Assembly (NCBI GenBank): GCA_009837885.1
Contig: VXSP01000045.1
Coordinates: 325,526-389,525 of the forward strand
DNA length: 64,000 nt
Direction of reading: 5' to 3'
Source of the DNA: Holophagales bacterium
GTDB taxonomy: Bacteria; Acidobacteriota; Thermoanaerobaculia; Multivoradales; Multivoraceae
Positions within the stretch are counted from its first letter, which is position 1. Each line of letters opens with the position of its first letter. The position numbers were made by a program, and so were the translations under genes. Shown one piece after another: positions 27,666 to 37,207 of the stretch. The notes under the pieces are model-generated. The model had not been told where the DNA came from and ran no database searches. It was given only the letters and a program-made list of their open reading frames with translations.

Positions 27666-30275
27666 ATGGGAGTTCCTTGCTGGCGTCTTTTGGCGCTTGG
27701 GCTGTTGCTCGCCCAGTTCCTGGTTGGTCCGTTGTCCGGCCAGCAGGACGGCGGGGCCGAGGCGGCGGATACCGCGCACGACGAAGCGGAGTCCGACGAG
27801 CCCGCGGCCCACGTCGACGAGGAGATCGTCGTCACCGGCAGCCGGGCGCGGGAGCGTTCGGTGACGAAGTCGATGGTGCCCATCGACGTGATCTCGGCGG
27901 AGCACGTGGCGCATCAGGGGGAGACGAACCTCGACCAGCTTCTGCGCACCGTGGTGCCGTCGCTGAACATCAGTTCGATCAGCGGCGACGCGGCGACCAT
28001 CGTGCGGCCCACGAACCTGCGCGGCCTGGCGCCCGATCACACGCTGGTGCTGGTGAACGGCAAGCGGCGGCATCGCGGGGCCGTGATCCTGTGGTCGCGA
28101 ATCGGCGTCTCCCACGGCGCGCAGGGGCCTGACCTGTCCGCGATTCCGGCGATCGCGCTTCGCCAGGTCGAGGTGCTGAGGGACGGCGCTTCGGCGCAGT
28201 ACGGCTCCGACGCGATCGCGGGGATCATGAACTTCCGGCTCAAGGAGGCACGTGCCGGCGGTTCACTGGAGGTACTGACCGGCCTGTACGACGCGGGCGA
28301 CGGCGAATCCGTGACCGTTGCCGGCAACGTCGGCCTGCCCTGGGGCGAGACCGGTTTCGCGAATCTGAGCCTCGAGGTCGGCGGCGCGAACCCGACGAAT
28401 CGCGCAATCCAGCGAGCCGACGCGGCGGCCCTGGTCGCCGTGGGCAACACCCACGTGGCCGATCCCGCTCAGAGGTGGGGCAAGGCCGAGGTCGACGACG
28501 ACCTGAAGTTCTTCATCAACTTCGGCCGGCCGCTGGGAAGCAGCGGGACGGTGCGGTTCTACGGCTGGGCGAACCACGCGGACCGCAATGTGACGGCGAG
28601 GAACTTCTTCTTTCGGAACCCCAACACCCGGGACGCGGTCTACAGCGGCGACGGCGGCGCGACGCTGCTGATCGGCGACGCCCTGGACGCGGCGGACGGG
28701 GCGCCGGACGGCTCGGCCGGATGTCCCGTCGTCGCGGTGACGGATGCGTTGCCGGATCAGGACGCGCTCGCCCGGGTACTTGACGATCCGAACTGCTTCA
28801 GCTTCCAGGAGCTCTTTCCGGGCGGCTTCCAGCCGGTGTTCGGCGGCGACCGCGTGGACTCTTCGCTCGTCCTCGGAGTTCGCGGGTTCACCGCCTCCGG
28901 CACCGTATGGGACGTGAGCGTCAGCACCGGCCGGAACGAGATCGACTTCCTGCTGTTCGACAGCGTGAACGCCTCGCTCGGGCCGCTCAGCCCGACATCC
29001 TTCGAGCCCGGCCTCTACGGCCAGCGCGATGTGAGCGCGAACGTCGATCTGTTGCGTCAGTTCGGCGAACGGCTCTACCTGGCCGGCGGCCTGGAGTGGC
29101 GGGAGGAGCGGTTCGAGATCGGCCTCGGCGACCCCGCCTCCTGGCAGATCGGCCCCTACGCCCGGCAGGGATTCAGTTCCGGCTCGAACGGCTTTCCCGG
29201 GTTCAGCCCGGTCGCTGCGGGAGACTGGAGCCGTGCCAACGCGGCGGTCTACGGCGACCTGGAGTACGGGCCGCCGGACGAGTCCTGGAACCTGGGCCTG
29301 GCGCTGCGCTTCGAGGACTACGAGGACTTCGGCTCGACGCTCAACGGCAAGGTCGCTGGCCGCCGTCAGGTGTCCGAGGCGCTCGCCCTGCGCGCGAGTG
29401 CGTCGACGGGCTTCCGGGCGCCGACGCCCGGCCAGCAGAACGCGTTCAACGTCTCCACGCAGTGGGACGCGGAGCGGTTCGAACTGGTGAACAACGGCAC
29501 GATCCCGCCGGCCTCCAGGGTGGCGGAGCTACGGGGAGGCAAGGCGCTCGACGCGGAGAAGTCGGTCAACCTGGCCGCCGGCGCGGTCCTCGAGCGCGGT
29601 CCGTTGACGCTCACGGCGGACGTGTTCCGCGTCGACGTGAGCGATCGCCTGGGGGTCACCGGCCTGTTCGCTCTTCAGCCCTTCGAGGTCGAGCAACTGC
29701 TGGCGGAAGGCATCACGAGCGCCGCCAACATCACGAACTTCCGTTTCTTCGCCAACGACTTCGAGACCCGCACCGAGGGCCTGGACCTGGTCGTCACCTG
29801 GCGGCCGCCCCAGGCCGGCGGGCACACGACGCTCGACCTCGCGCTCAACGTGACCTCGACCGAGGTCGTGGACTTCAACCCGCTGACCCTGGACCGGCAG
29901 CGCATCCGCGAGCTGGAGGAGGCCCTGCCGGGCGTGCGCTGGAATGCGACGCTGCACCACGAACTGGGCCGTCACACCGCGACCCGGCGGCCGGTCGAGT
30001 TGCTCGCCCGGCTCGGCTACTACGACGGCTGGTACGACCCGTTCATCTCCGTCGACTTCAGCGGCGTGTACCTGCTCGATGCCGAGGTTGGCTTTCCTTT
30101 GCGCGACGGAGCCCGGCTGGCGATCGGCGCTCGCAACGTCCTGGGCGAGACCGGCACGGGCAATCCGACGCCGACGCGGCTGGGCAACCTGCACAGCACC
30201 CGCGCGCCGTTCGACGTCAGCGGCGGTTACTACTACGCCCGGTTGCAGTATGGCTGGGGCGGCGCGGCCCCCTGA
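27666..30275 (+). CDS. TonB-dependent outer-membrane receptor
   Basis: GGAGG RBS, signal peptide, plug-domain motifs (EEIVVTGSR..., DVISAE...LDQLLRTVPSLN, NLRGL), and a C-terminal aromatic beta-barrel terminus (YYYARLQYGW). Confidence 0.9.
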   Translation: MGVPCWRLLALGLLLAQFLVGPLSGQQDGGAEAADTAHDEAESDEPAAHVDEEIVVTGSRARERSVTKSMVPIDVISAEHVAHQGETNLDQLLRTVVPSLNISSISGDAATIVRPTNLRGLAPDHTLVLVNGKRRHRGAVILWSRIGVSHGAQGPDLSAIPAIALRQVEVLRDGASAQYGSDAIAGIMNFRLKEARAGGSLEVLTGLYDAGDGESVTVAGNVGLPWGETGFANLSLEVGGANPTNRAIQRADAAALVAVGNTHVADPAQRWGKAEVDDDLKFFINFGRPLGSSGTVRFYGWANHADRNVTARNFFFRNPNTRDAVYSGDGGATLLIGDALDAADGAPDGSAGCPVVAVTDALPDQDALARVLDDPNCFSFQELFPGGFQPVFGGDRVDSSLVLGVRGFTASGTVWDVSVSTGRNEIDFLLFDSVNASLGPLSPTSFEPGLYGQRDVSANVDLLRQFGERLYLAGGLEWREERFEIGLGDPASWQIGPYARQGFSSGSNGFPGFSPVAAGDWSRANAAVYGDLEYGPPDESWNLGLALRFEDYEDFGSTLNGKVAGRRQVSEALALRASASTGFRAPTPGQQNAFNVSTQWDAERFELVNNGTIPPASRVAELRGGKALDAEKSVNLAAGAVLERGPLTLTADVFRVDVSDRLGVTGLFALQPFEVEQLLAEGITSAANITNFRFFANDFETRTEGLDLVVTWRPPQAGGHTTLDLALNVTSTEVVDFNPLTLDRQRIRELEEALPGVRWNATLHHELGRHTATRRPVELLARLGYYDGWYDPFISVDFSGVYLLDAEVGFPLRDGARLAIGARNVLGETGTGNPTPTRLGNLHSTRAPFDVSGGYYYARLQYGWGGAAP

Positions 30276-30341
30276 GCTACGGCTACTGCTGCCGCTTGGC
30301 GGGTTGTGGCTCGGGCGGCGACGGGTGAGTCGGTCTCGCGT

Positions 30342-33300
30342 TCAGGCCTGAACCCGGGAGCGCTGCATCGCGGGGGCGCCCTGCGGGAGGTGCATGCCGG
30401 CCTGCCGCGCCGCCTTCCGACGGCCGCGAATGGCGCGCCGCCGTTCCCGCCCGCGCTCGACCAGGAGATAGAGCGAGGGCACGAAGATCAGGGTGATCAG
30501 CGTCGAGGCGAGCAGGCCACCGACGACCACGCGGGCCAGCGGCGCCTGGAGTTCGGAGCCCTCGCCGATCCCGAGGGTCAGCGGCAGCAGGCCGAGGGCG
30601 GTGGTCAGCGTCGTCATCAGGATCGGCCGCAGGCGGCGTCTGGAGCCGCGGATCAGCGCCTCGTGGAGGGTGCAGCCGACGTCCCGGCGCATGCGGTTCA
30701 CGTTGTCCACGAGCACGATCGCGTTGTTGACCACGATGCCGACCAGGACGACCAGGCCGAGGAAGGAGTTCATGTTCAGGGTCGTGCCCGTAACCGCCAG
30801 GGTCAGCAGCACGCCGAGCAGCGAGAACGGCACCGCGGTCATGATGACCAGGGGCTGGACCAGGGACTCGAACTGGACTGCCATCACCGTGTAGACGAGG
30901 AAGACCGCGAGCAGCACGCCGATCAGGAGCTCCACGAAGACCTGGCGCTGCTCTTCCAACTCGCCGCCCATGTCGATCGTGAAGCCGTAGGGTGTTTCGA
31001 TCCGCGCCAGGGCCGCCTCGACGTCGTTCGCCGCATCGCTGAACCTTCGTCCGTCGATGCCGGCGAGGACCTGCATGTAGCGCTCCTGGTTCTCACGGTT
31101 GATGGACAGGGGCCCCTCGCCGGGATTGATGCTGGCGACCGAGCCCAGGGGCACGATGTCGCCGCGCGGAGTGACGATGGGTAGTTGCGGCAGCTGCTCG
31201 ATGCGCAACCGATCCTCGGGCTGGAGCTGGACCCGGATGTCGAACTCGTCGCCCTGGTCGCGGAACTTGGTCGCCACCCGTCCGAGGACGTAGTGCTCGA
31301 CGGCATCGGCGACCTGGCTGCCATTGAGGCCGAGTTCGGCGAGGCGGGCGCGATCGACTCGCAGGGTCCGCTCGAGCTGGCCGGATTCACGGTCGAGGCG
31401 CGGGTGGACGACCCCGGGGACCGCGGCCATCGCATCGATCACGCGCTGGGCGAGCTCGTTGCCCTGGTCCAGGTCGTGGCCGCGGATCTCGACGACGAGA
31501 CGGGCGTCCTGGCCGCCGCGCATCATCCTCATCATCATGTTGTTGGACGAGGCGTAGAGCTGCACCTGGGCGGCCGGCACGTCGGCGATGGCGTGGCGGA
31601 TCGACGCGAGGACTTCCTCCTGGCCGCGAGTTCGTTCGGTCAGCGGGGTGAGCAGGATCTCCATCGTGCCCTGGTTGGACTGGGCGGGCCGCCACCAGCT
31701 CTCGGGACCGGCGGTGGTGATCAGGCTGTCGAGTTCGTCGGGTCTGAGCGCGCCGCGGACCCGGGCTTCGATCTCCTCCATCGTGCCGGTGGTCTCATCA
31801 AGGGGAGCGCCCACGGGCATCTCGACCCGCATGTTGAGCCGGCCCTCGTCGCTCTCGGGCATCAACTCGAGGCCGATGATGGGCACCAGGGCGAAGGAAC
31901 CGAGCAGGAGCACGACCGCCGTGGCCATCACGCGGCCGGGCCTGCCGAGGGCCCACTCGATCATCCGGCCGTAGGCCATGTCGACCGGCCCGAGGGCGGC
32001 GACGCACTCGTCCGTCACCTGGCGGCTCTTCGGGACTTCCCGCAGCCAGCGGGCGGCGGCGGCCGGAATCAGCGTCAGGGCGACGAACAGCGCGCAGAGC
32101 AGGGCGAAACTGACCGTGATCGCCAACTGGTTGAAGAAGATGCCGGCGAAGCCGGAGATGAAGACGACCGGCAGGAAGACGGCCACCGTGGTCAGCGTGC
32201 CGGCCGCGATCGCCATCGCCACCTCGTTGCTGCCGGCGACCGCCGCGGCGGTGGGGCGTTCGCCCTCGTGGAGCCGGCGGTAGATGCTCTCGAGCACCAC
32301 GATCGAGCCGTCGACCAGCATGCCGACGCCGAGCGCGATGCCGGCCAGGGAGATCACGTTCAGCGTGAAGCCGTTGAAGTACATCAGGGCGATCGTCGCC
32401 AGCACCGAGATCGGAATTGCGGCGCCGACGATCAGGGTCGCCCGCATGTCGCGGAGGAAGAACATCAGCACGAGCACCGCCAGCGCGGCGCCGAACATGG
32501 CTCCCAACTGGACGTTGTTCACGGCCTGCCGGATGAAGGCGGCGCCGTCCATGAGGATCGTGATCTCGGCGCGACCGGCGTAGTCGCGGTTGATCGCGTC
32601 GATCTCGCGCTTCAGGCGATCCACGACCTCGACCGTGTTCGAGCCGGACTGCTTCATCACGAACATCCGCATGCCTTCGGCGCCGTTGATCCACAGCTCG
32701 TTCGTCATTTCGCGGATGCCGTCGTCGACCCGACCGACATCCCGCACCAGGATCGGCCGGCCGTCGCGGATCGCGACGATCGTGTTCTCGACGTCGACCT
32801 TGCGCTCGAACTCGCCGATCGCGCGGATCAGGACCTCCCGCCCCGTCTCCAGCATGTCTCCGGCGGAGACGTTGCGGTTTTCGCGGGACAGGGCGTTGGT
32901 GACCTCGCTCGGCGTGATTCCGAGGGCGGCCATCCGGTCGGCGGCGAGCTGGACCTGGATCTCCCGCACGCGGCCGCCCTGGATGTCCACCGAGGCAACG
33001 CCGGGCAGGCGTTCCAGCCGCCGGCTGATCGTCTGTTCGGCCATGTGGCGGACCTGGCGCGCGTCGCCCGTGCCCGACAGGCCCAGGAAGACGACCGGCA
33101 TGTCGGAGAGGTTGAACTTGAACAGGGTCGGTTCGGAGGCGTCCTCGGGCAGCATGCCGCGCACGAAGTCGAGCTGCTCCCGGATGTCGTTGACCACTTC
33201 GTTCAGGTCGACGCCCCAGTCGAACTGTGCCTGGATGCTGCTCATGCCCTCCGCGGACATGGAGTTCAACTGGTCGAGACCGGTGACGGTGGACAGGGCC

Positions 33301-33506
33301 TGCTCGACCGGCCGGGTGATCAGGCTCTCCATCTCCTCCGGCGCCACGCCTTCGTAGGTCGTCGTGATCGAGATCCGGGGCATGTCGACTTCGGGCATCA
33401 GGTCGACGGCGAGCTGGCGCACGGCGACCAGACCGATCACGACGACGCAAACGTAGAGCATGGTCACGCCCACCGGGCGGTTGGCGGAAAGGCGGGGGAG
33501 GTTCAT
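30342..33506 (-). CDS. Efflux RND transporter permease (AcrB/HAE1-like)
   Basis: ATG at 33506 with a GAGG RBS. 12-TM RND architecture with two large periplasmic loops and characteristic AcrB-like blocks. The 1410-aa track ORF is a spurious N-terminal extension. Confidence 0.9.
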   Translation of the reverse strand: MNLPRLSANRPVGVTMLYVCVVVIGLVAVRQLAVDLMPEVDMPRISITTTYEGVAPEEMESLITRPVEQALSTVTGLDQLNSMSAEGMSSIQAQFDWGVDLNEVVNDIREQLDFVRGMLPEDASEPTLFKFNLSDMPVVFLGLSGTGDARQVRHMAEQTISRRLERLPGVASVDIQGGRVREIQVQLAADRMAALGITPSEVTNALSRENRNVSAGDMLETGREVLIRAIGEFERKVDVENTIVAIRDGRPILVRDVGRVDDGIREMTNELWINGAEGMRMFVMKQSGSNTVEVVDRLKREIDAINRDYAGRAEITILMDGAAFIRQAVNNVQLGAMFGAALAVLVLMFFLRDMRATLIVGAAIPISVLATIALMYFNGFTLNVISLAGIALGVGMLVDGSIVVLESIYRRLHEGERPTAAAVAGSNEVAMAIAAGTLTTVAVFLPVVFISGFAGIFFNQLAITVSFALLCALFVALTLIPAAAARWLREVPKSRQVTDECVAALGPVDMAYGRMIEWALGRPGRVMATAVVLLLGSFALVPIIGLELMPESDEGRLNMRVEMPVGAPLDETTGTMEEIEARVRGALRPDELDSLITTAGPESWWRPAQSNQGTMEILLTPLTERTRGQEEVLASIRHAIADVPAAQVQLYASSNNMMMRMMRGGQDARLVVEIRGHDLDQGNELAQRVIDAMAAVPGVVHPRLDRESGQLERTLRVDRARLAELGLNGSQVADAVEHYVLGRVATKFRDQGDEFDIRVQLQPEDRLRIEQLPQLPIVTPRGDIVPLGSVASINPGEGPLSINRENQERYMQVLAGIDGRRFSDAANDVEAALARIETPYGFTIDMGGELEEQRQVFVELLIGVLLAVFLVYTVMAVQFESLVQPLVIMTAVPFSLLGVLLTLAVTGTTLNMNSFLGLVVLVGIVVNNAIVLVDNVNRMRRDVGCTLHEALIRGSRRRLRPILMTTLTTALGLLPLTLGIGEGSELQAPLARVVVGGLLASTLITLIFVPSLYLLVERGRERRRAIRGRRKAARQAGMHLPQGAPAMQRSRVQA

Positions 33507-33514
33507 CGTCGGCC

Positions 33515-34807
33515 TCAGAGTCCGGCGGCGCCAGTGGGCGAGGGCTGTGCTTCTGATGGTTGGGGCTCGTTGCGGACGACCCGAACGGGCGCGCCGTGTC
33601 CCAACTGGTTGTGGCCCATCGTCAGGACGAGCTCGCCGGCTTCGACGGGACCGGCGATCGCGCTGTACTCCCCGGAGCGGCCCGCGACCGTGACCGCGCG
33701 CCACTGGGCGAGGCCGTCGACCGGCACCATGACTCCCGTGGAGCGCGCGCCGTCCATCGCCACCCGTTCGAGCAGGGCGGTACCCGGTACGATCAGTGCG
33801 TTTTCGAGATCCCGCAGGCTGACGGAGACGTCGGCGTACATGCCCGGCAGGAGCAGGTCGTCCGTTTCGGCCAACTCGCCCTCGACGAGCACGGTGCGGT
33901 CGTTGCGGCGCACCTCGCCGGCGACCCGGCGCACGATGCCGCCGAAAGTCCGGTCGCCCGTGGCTTCGGTGACCACGTCGAAGGCGGCGCCGGTCTGGAC
34001 CGCCGAAAGATCGCGTTCCGGAACCCGAAACTGGACCAGAAGCGGCGCCTCCTCGACCAGGCGCAGAATCGGCGTGCCCGGCTGGACCAGGGCGCCGCGG
34101 TCCAGGTAACGATCCGAGACGACGGCGTCGAACGGCGCCCGCACGCGGGTGTTCGCGAACTGCTCGGCGAGCAGCGCCTCGCGGGCCGCGGACTGCTGGA
34201 CCTGGGCCTCGCCGGCGGCCAGGTTCGCCTTCGTCGTCGCGTACTGGGAACTGACCTGCTGCTGCTCCTGCTCGGAGAGGAGACCCTGGTCGTAGAGCTC
34301 CATCGCCCGCTGGTAGTCGGCTTCGACGCCGACGAGCTCGGCGGCGGCGCGATCGCGGTTGGCCTCCGCGACGCCGAGTTGACCGCGCGCCTCCTGGAGC
34401 TGGTTCCTCACTTCGACGTCGGCGATCACCGCGATCACCGTGCCGGCCGCGACCCGCTGGCCGATTCGTGCCGGGACGTCGATCAGGAGCCCGGAGACCT
34501 GGGGTGAGATGTCGGAGACCTCCCCCACGAGTTCTCCCGAATAGGCGGTGCGCACGGAGAGGAATCCGCGCCACGCGGCGACGGCGCGCACGGGTACTGC
34601 CTGGGTCATCTGCGCGTCCGCCGCCTGGCCGCCTGCACGCGCCTGGGACCCGCGGCCGAAGGCGAACACGGCGGCCGCGACGAGCACGAGGGCCGCGACG
34701 GCAAGCCCCGCGATCTGCGGGCGGCTGATCCGGCGGCCGGGTTTCGGAGCGGCTCTCGGGGAGCGCGGCATTGCGCCGCCTCCATTGGGTTGCTGAGCTA
34801 TAGCCAT
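33515..34807 (-). CDS. Efflux RND periplasmic adaptor (membrane fusion protein, HlyD-like)
   Basis: N-terminal TM/signal segment, coiled-coil, then beta-barrel MFP blocks. Ends 8 nt upstream of the RND start. Confidence 0.85.
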   Translation of the reverse strand: MAIAQQPNGGGAMPRSPRAAPKPGRRISRPQIAGLAVAALVLVAAAVFAFGRGSQARAGGQAADAQMTQAVPVRAVAAWRGFLSVRTAYSGELVGEVSDISPQVSGLLIDVPARIGQRVAAGTVIAVIADVEVRNQLQEARGQLGVAEANRDRAAAELVGVEADYQRAMELYDQGLLSEQEQQQVSSQYATTKANLAAGEAQVQQSAAREALLAEQFANTRVRAPFDAVVSDRYLDRGALVQPGTPILRLVEEAPLLVQFRVPERDLSAVQTGAAFDVVTEATGDRTFGGIVRRVAGEVRRNDRTVLVEGELAETDDLLLPGMYADVSVSLRDLENALIVPGTALLERVAMDGARSTGVMVPVDGLAQWRAVTVAGRSGEYSAIAGPVEAGELVLTMGHNQLGHGAPVRVVRNEPQPSEAQPSPTGAAGL

Positions 34808-34850
34808 GAGATCGTCGTTTCTTTCTGGTCTGACGGTTCTTCCGCGTCGT

Positions 34851-35393
34851 CTACGCGGTGCCGGGTCGGGAGTTGCCGTCGTCGCCCGCCATCGCCGCGA
34901 GCACGGAGTTCAGGCTGTCGGCGAGGATCGAGTAGAAGCGGATGAACCGATCCAGCCGCTCGGCGACGACGCCGCCGGCGCCGGACTCGGGAAGGAGCGC
35001 CTGCTTCATCTCCTCGGCGCTGGCTTGCCGCGCCCGGTAGCGATCGACGATCCGCAGCAGGAGGCCCGGCTCCTCGTTGATCTTGAAGTAGTCGCGGCGG
35101 TCGCCCGGACGGGTCACGCGCTGGATGACGCCCATGTTCTCCAGCAGGCGCGTGTTCGTGCTGATGCTGCCGCGGCTGACCCGAAGGCGCTCGGTGAGAT
35201 GGTCGAACCGGACGGGTTCGGGCGAGAGGATGAGCAGGCCGACGAGGCGGCCGGCGATCCGGGGCAGGCGGTCCTCTTCGTGCGCGAGCCCCATCGCTTC
35301 GATGAAGCGCTCCTCCGCGACGCGCAGGCTGAAGTCGGCGGCGGAGGACTCGGCGGCTGGATCCGGAACGGGAATCGGTTCGGAGACGGTCAT
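34851..35393 (-). CDS. MarR-family transcriptional regulator
   Basis: wHTH pattern (LTERLRVSRGSISTNTRLLENMGVIQRV..PGDRRDYF). Directly upstream of, and on the same strand as, the MFP-RND genes. Confidence 0.8.
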   Translation of the reverse strand: MTVSEPIPVPDPAAESSAADFSLRVAEERFIEAMGLAHEEDRLPRIAGRLVGLLILSPEPVRFDHLTERLRVSRGSISTNTRLLENMGVIQRVTRPGDRRDYFKINEEPGLLLRIVDRYRARQASAEEMKQALLPESGAGGVVAERLDRFIRFYSILADSLNSVLAAMAGDDGNSRPGTA

Positions 35394-35498
35394 GAGTCAG
35401 GGATGTTGGATCATCCGGTTTGTTTTGTCAAGACTGAACAGGATGAAACTGATGAACGAAGTGGGCTTTCCTGAGCGCCAGCTACTAGGCTCGCGAGA

Positions 35499-35882
35499 AT
35501 GCGGTCTTCGCGGCCTCGCTCAAGCCCCCGATTCCTGCCCCTGCTGCTCGGCCTGGCGATGCTGGTCTTCGCCCTGCTGCAGATCAACGACCCGGATCCG
35601 CTGATCTGGGTGACCTACTACGCCGCGATCGCCTGCGCCTGCACGATCGCCGCCTACCGGCCGCTGCCCCTTGTCGTCTTTCTGGCGCTCGCCGCGGTCA
35701 CGGCGGCGGGCGTCGTGCTGACGCTGCCCGGGTTCATCGACTGGCTGCTGAACCGTCCGACCAGCGACCTGTGGGCGCCCATGTCGGCCGGCCGGATGTA
35801 CATCGAGCACAGCCGCGAGCTACTCGGACTGCTGATTGCCGGCGGTTTTCTCGTGATGGCGGACCGGCTGTCGCGGAGTTAA
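35499..35882 (+). CDS. Small hydrophobic membrane protein (hypothetical)
   Basis: Three or four predicted TM helices. No family recognised and start uncertain. Confidence 0.4.
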   Translation: MRSSRPRSSPRFLPLLLGLAMLVFALLQINDPDPLIWVTYYAAIACACTIAAYRPLPLVVFLALAAVTAAGVVLTLPGFIDWLLNRPTSDLWAPMSAGRMYIEHSRELLGLLIAGGFLVMADRLSRS

Positions 35883-35885
35883 CTG

Positions 35886-37187
35886 CTACTCCTCCGGGAC
35901 CGCGGCGCTCATCATGAAGCCCATCATCATCTCGTCGGTGGAGGGCTGGCCGAAGCGGACCTCGCGGTTCGAGTCGAAGCCGTAGCGAGCGGCCTTTTCG
36001 GGCGAGTTGTCGTACCAGGCGGTGTACTCGATTCGCGTGCCCTTGGGGATGCGCTTCATCTGGTCGTAGTAGTAGACCGTCTGCCAGGAGAAGTCGAACT
36101 CGGGCACGTCGAGCAGCACTTCACTCGTGCCGTCGGGGTAGAAGGCCTCGAAGCGCGCTGCCTTGCCGCGCATGTGCATGTGCGGCATGAGCGCGATGAT
36201 GTCCGAGTCCCTCCGGGCGACGGTGGAGTAGGGGCCCACCTGGTGGTTGCCGTCGTTCGGCGGTATCGCGAAGGTGAAGTCCATGATCGGCCGCAGACCC
36301 GACCCGAGCGAGCGGGTGACCGGCTCGTCGGCGAAGATGAAGCCGATCGACGACTGGTCCCACACGCCCGTGCCGGCGCCGGGCTCCTTGTGGTAGTGGA
36401 TGTCGAACGTCACCCGCGAGCCCTTCCTGAGCAGGAAGCCGTAGCCCTCCGGGTAGCGGTTCGCGTCGCTGCCGGAGGAGACGCCGCCCATGTAGTTGCC
36501 CGCGTTCTCCGGTGACGGGGCGATCTGATCCTGGTTGGGGAACGCGGGTGGAGGCGGCAGCTCGCCGTTCTCGTCCGGCGCCAGCAGGTGAAGGTTGAAG
36601 TGGTGGATGATCTCGCTGTCCGGCTTGCACTGGAAGGCGACCACCCAGCGGTCCTCCGGCAGGTCTTCTTCGGTCAGAACGTAGGAGAACGCTGCGTAGA
36701 GGTCTTCGACATCGTCCTCGACGAAGTAGGGCTCGGGCATCGTCACGACCAGGTCGGGTTCGCCCACGACCCAGCCGCCCGTGCTTGGGAACTCGCGCGG
36801 CGGCGGGGCGTCGGCGGCCTCGCCGGGAGCGGCGCCGCTGCCGGCCCAGTTGACCAGGGTCTCGATCTCGGCCGCGTCCAGCACCCGTTCGTTCGCGAAC
36901 GTGCCGTCGTGTTGCGGATGAGCGTCCCAGGGCGGCATCTCGCGGGCGGCGACCGTACGGGCGATCGACCGGGCCCAGGGGCGCACCTCGGCGTAGGTGG
37001 TGAGCGCCATCGGCGCCCTCATCCCGCCATAGTTGGCTCCGGCCGGGCGGTGACAGTCCTGGCAGTGCATCTGGAGCACCGGCAGCACGTCGGCGTAGAA
37101 AGTCGGCGCGTCGCGATCGGCGGCCGTCGCGGGCGCGGCAGCGACCGCGAGCAGAAGGGCGAGGCAAAGGAGGACTGAACGCTTCAT
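35886..37187 (-). CDS. Secreted fusion protein: N-terminal c-type heme-binding domain (CxxCH) + DBH/PHM-like copper type-II monooxygenase domains
   Basis: - Signal peptide.
- CQDCHRP heme-c motif in a Planctomycete-cytochrome-c-like context (FYADVLPVLQMHCQDCHRP).
- CuH-like His cluster (IIHHFNLH ... IHYH).
- CuM-like HMHMRG plus a Met-rich segment (DEMMMGFMM). Confidence 0.6.
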   Translation of the reverse strand: MKRSVLLCLALLLAVAAAPATAADRDAPTFYADVLPVLQMHCQDCHRPAGANYGGMRAPMALTTYAEVRPWARSIARTVAAREMPPWDAHPQHDGTFANERVLDAAEIETLVNWAGSGAAPGEAADAPPPREFPSTGGWVVGEPDLVVTMPEPYFVEDDVEDLYAAFSYVLTEEDLPEDRWVVAFQCKPDSEIIHHFNLHLLAPDENGELPPPPAFPNQDQIAPSPENAGNYMGGVSSGSDANRYPEGYGFLLRKGSRVTFDIHYHKEPGAGTGVWDQSSIGFIFADEPVTRSLGSGLRPIMDFTFAIPPNDGNHQVGPYSTVARRDSDIIALMPHMHMRGKAARFEAFYPDGTSEVLLDVPEFDFSWQTVYYYDQMKRIPKGTRIEYTAWYDNSPEKAARYGFDSNREVRFGQPSTDEMMMGFMMSAAVPEE

Positions 37188-37207
37188 CGCGTTCAGATTA
37201 CCAGCAC

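Noticed and set aside
31185-34109. 974-aa plus-strand ORF antisense to the RND permease
   Set aside because: Low-complexity Gly/Asp/Arg/His-rich translation, antisense to a strongly supported gene.
33507-34574. N-terminal 356 aa of the 1410-aa ORF 30342..34574
   Set aside because: Arg-rich nonsense overlapping the genuine MFP gene. The RND permease starts at ATG 33506 with a GAGG RBS.
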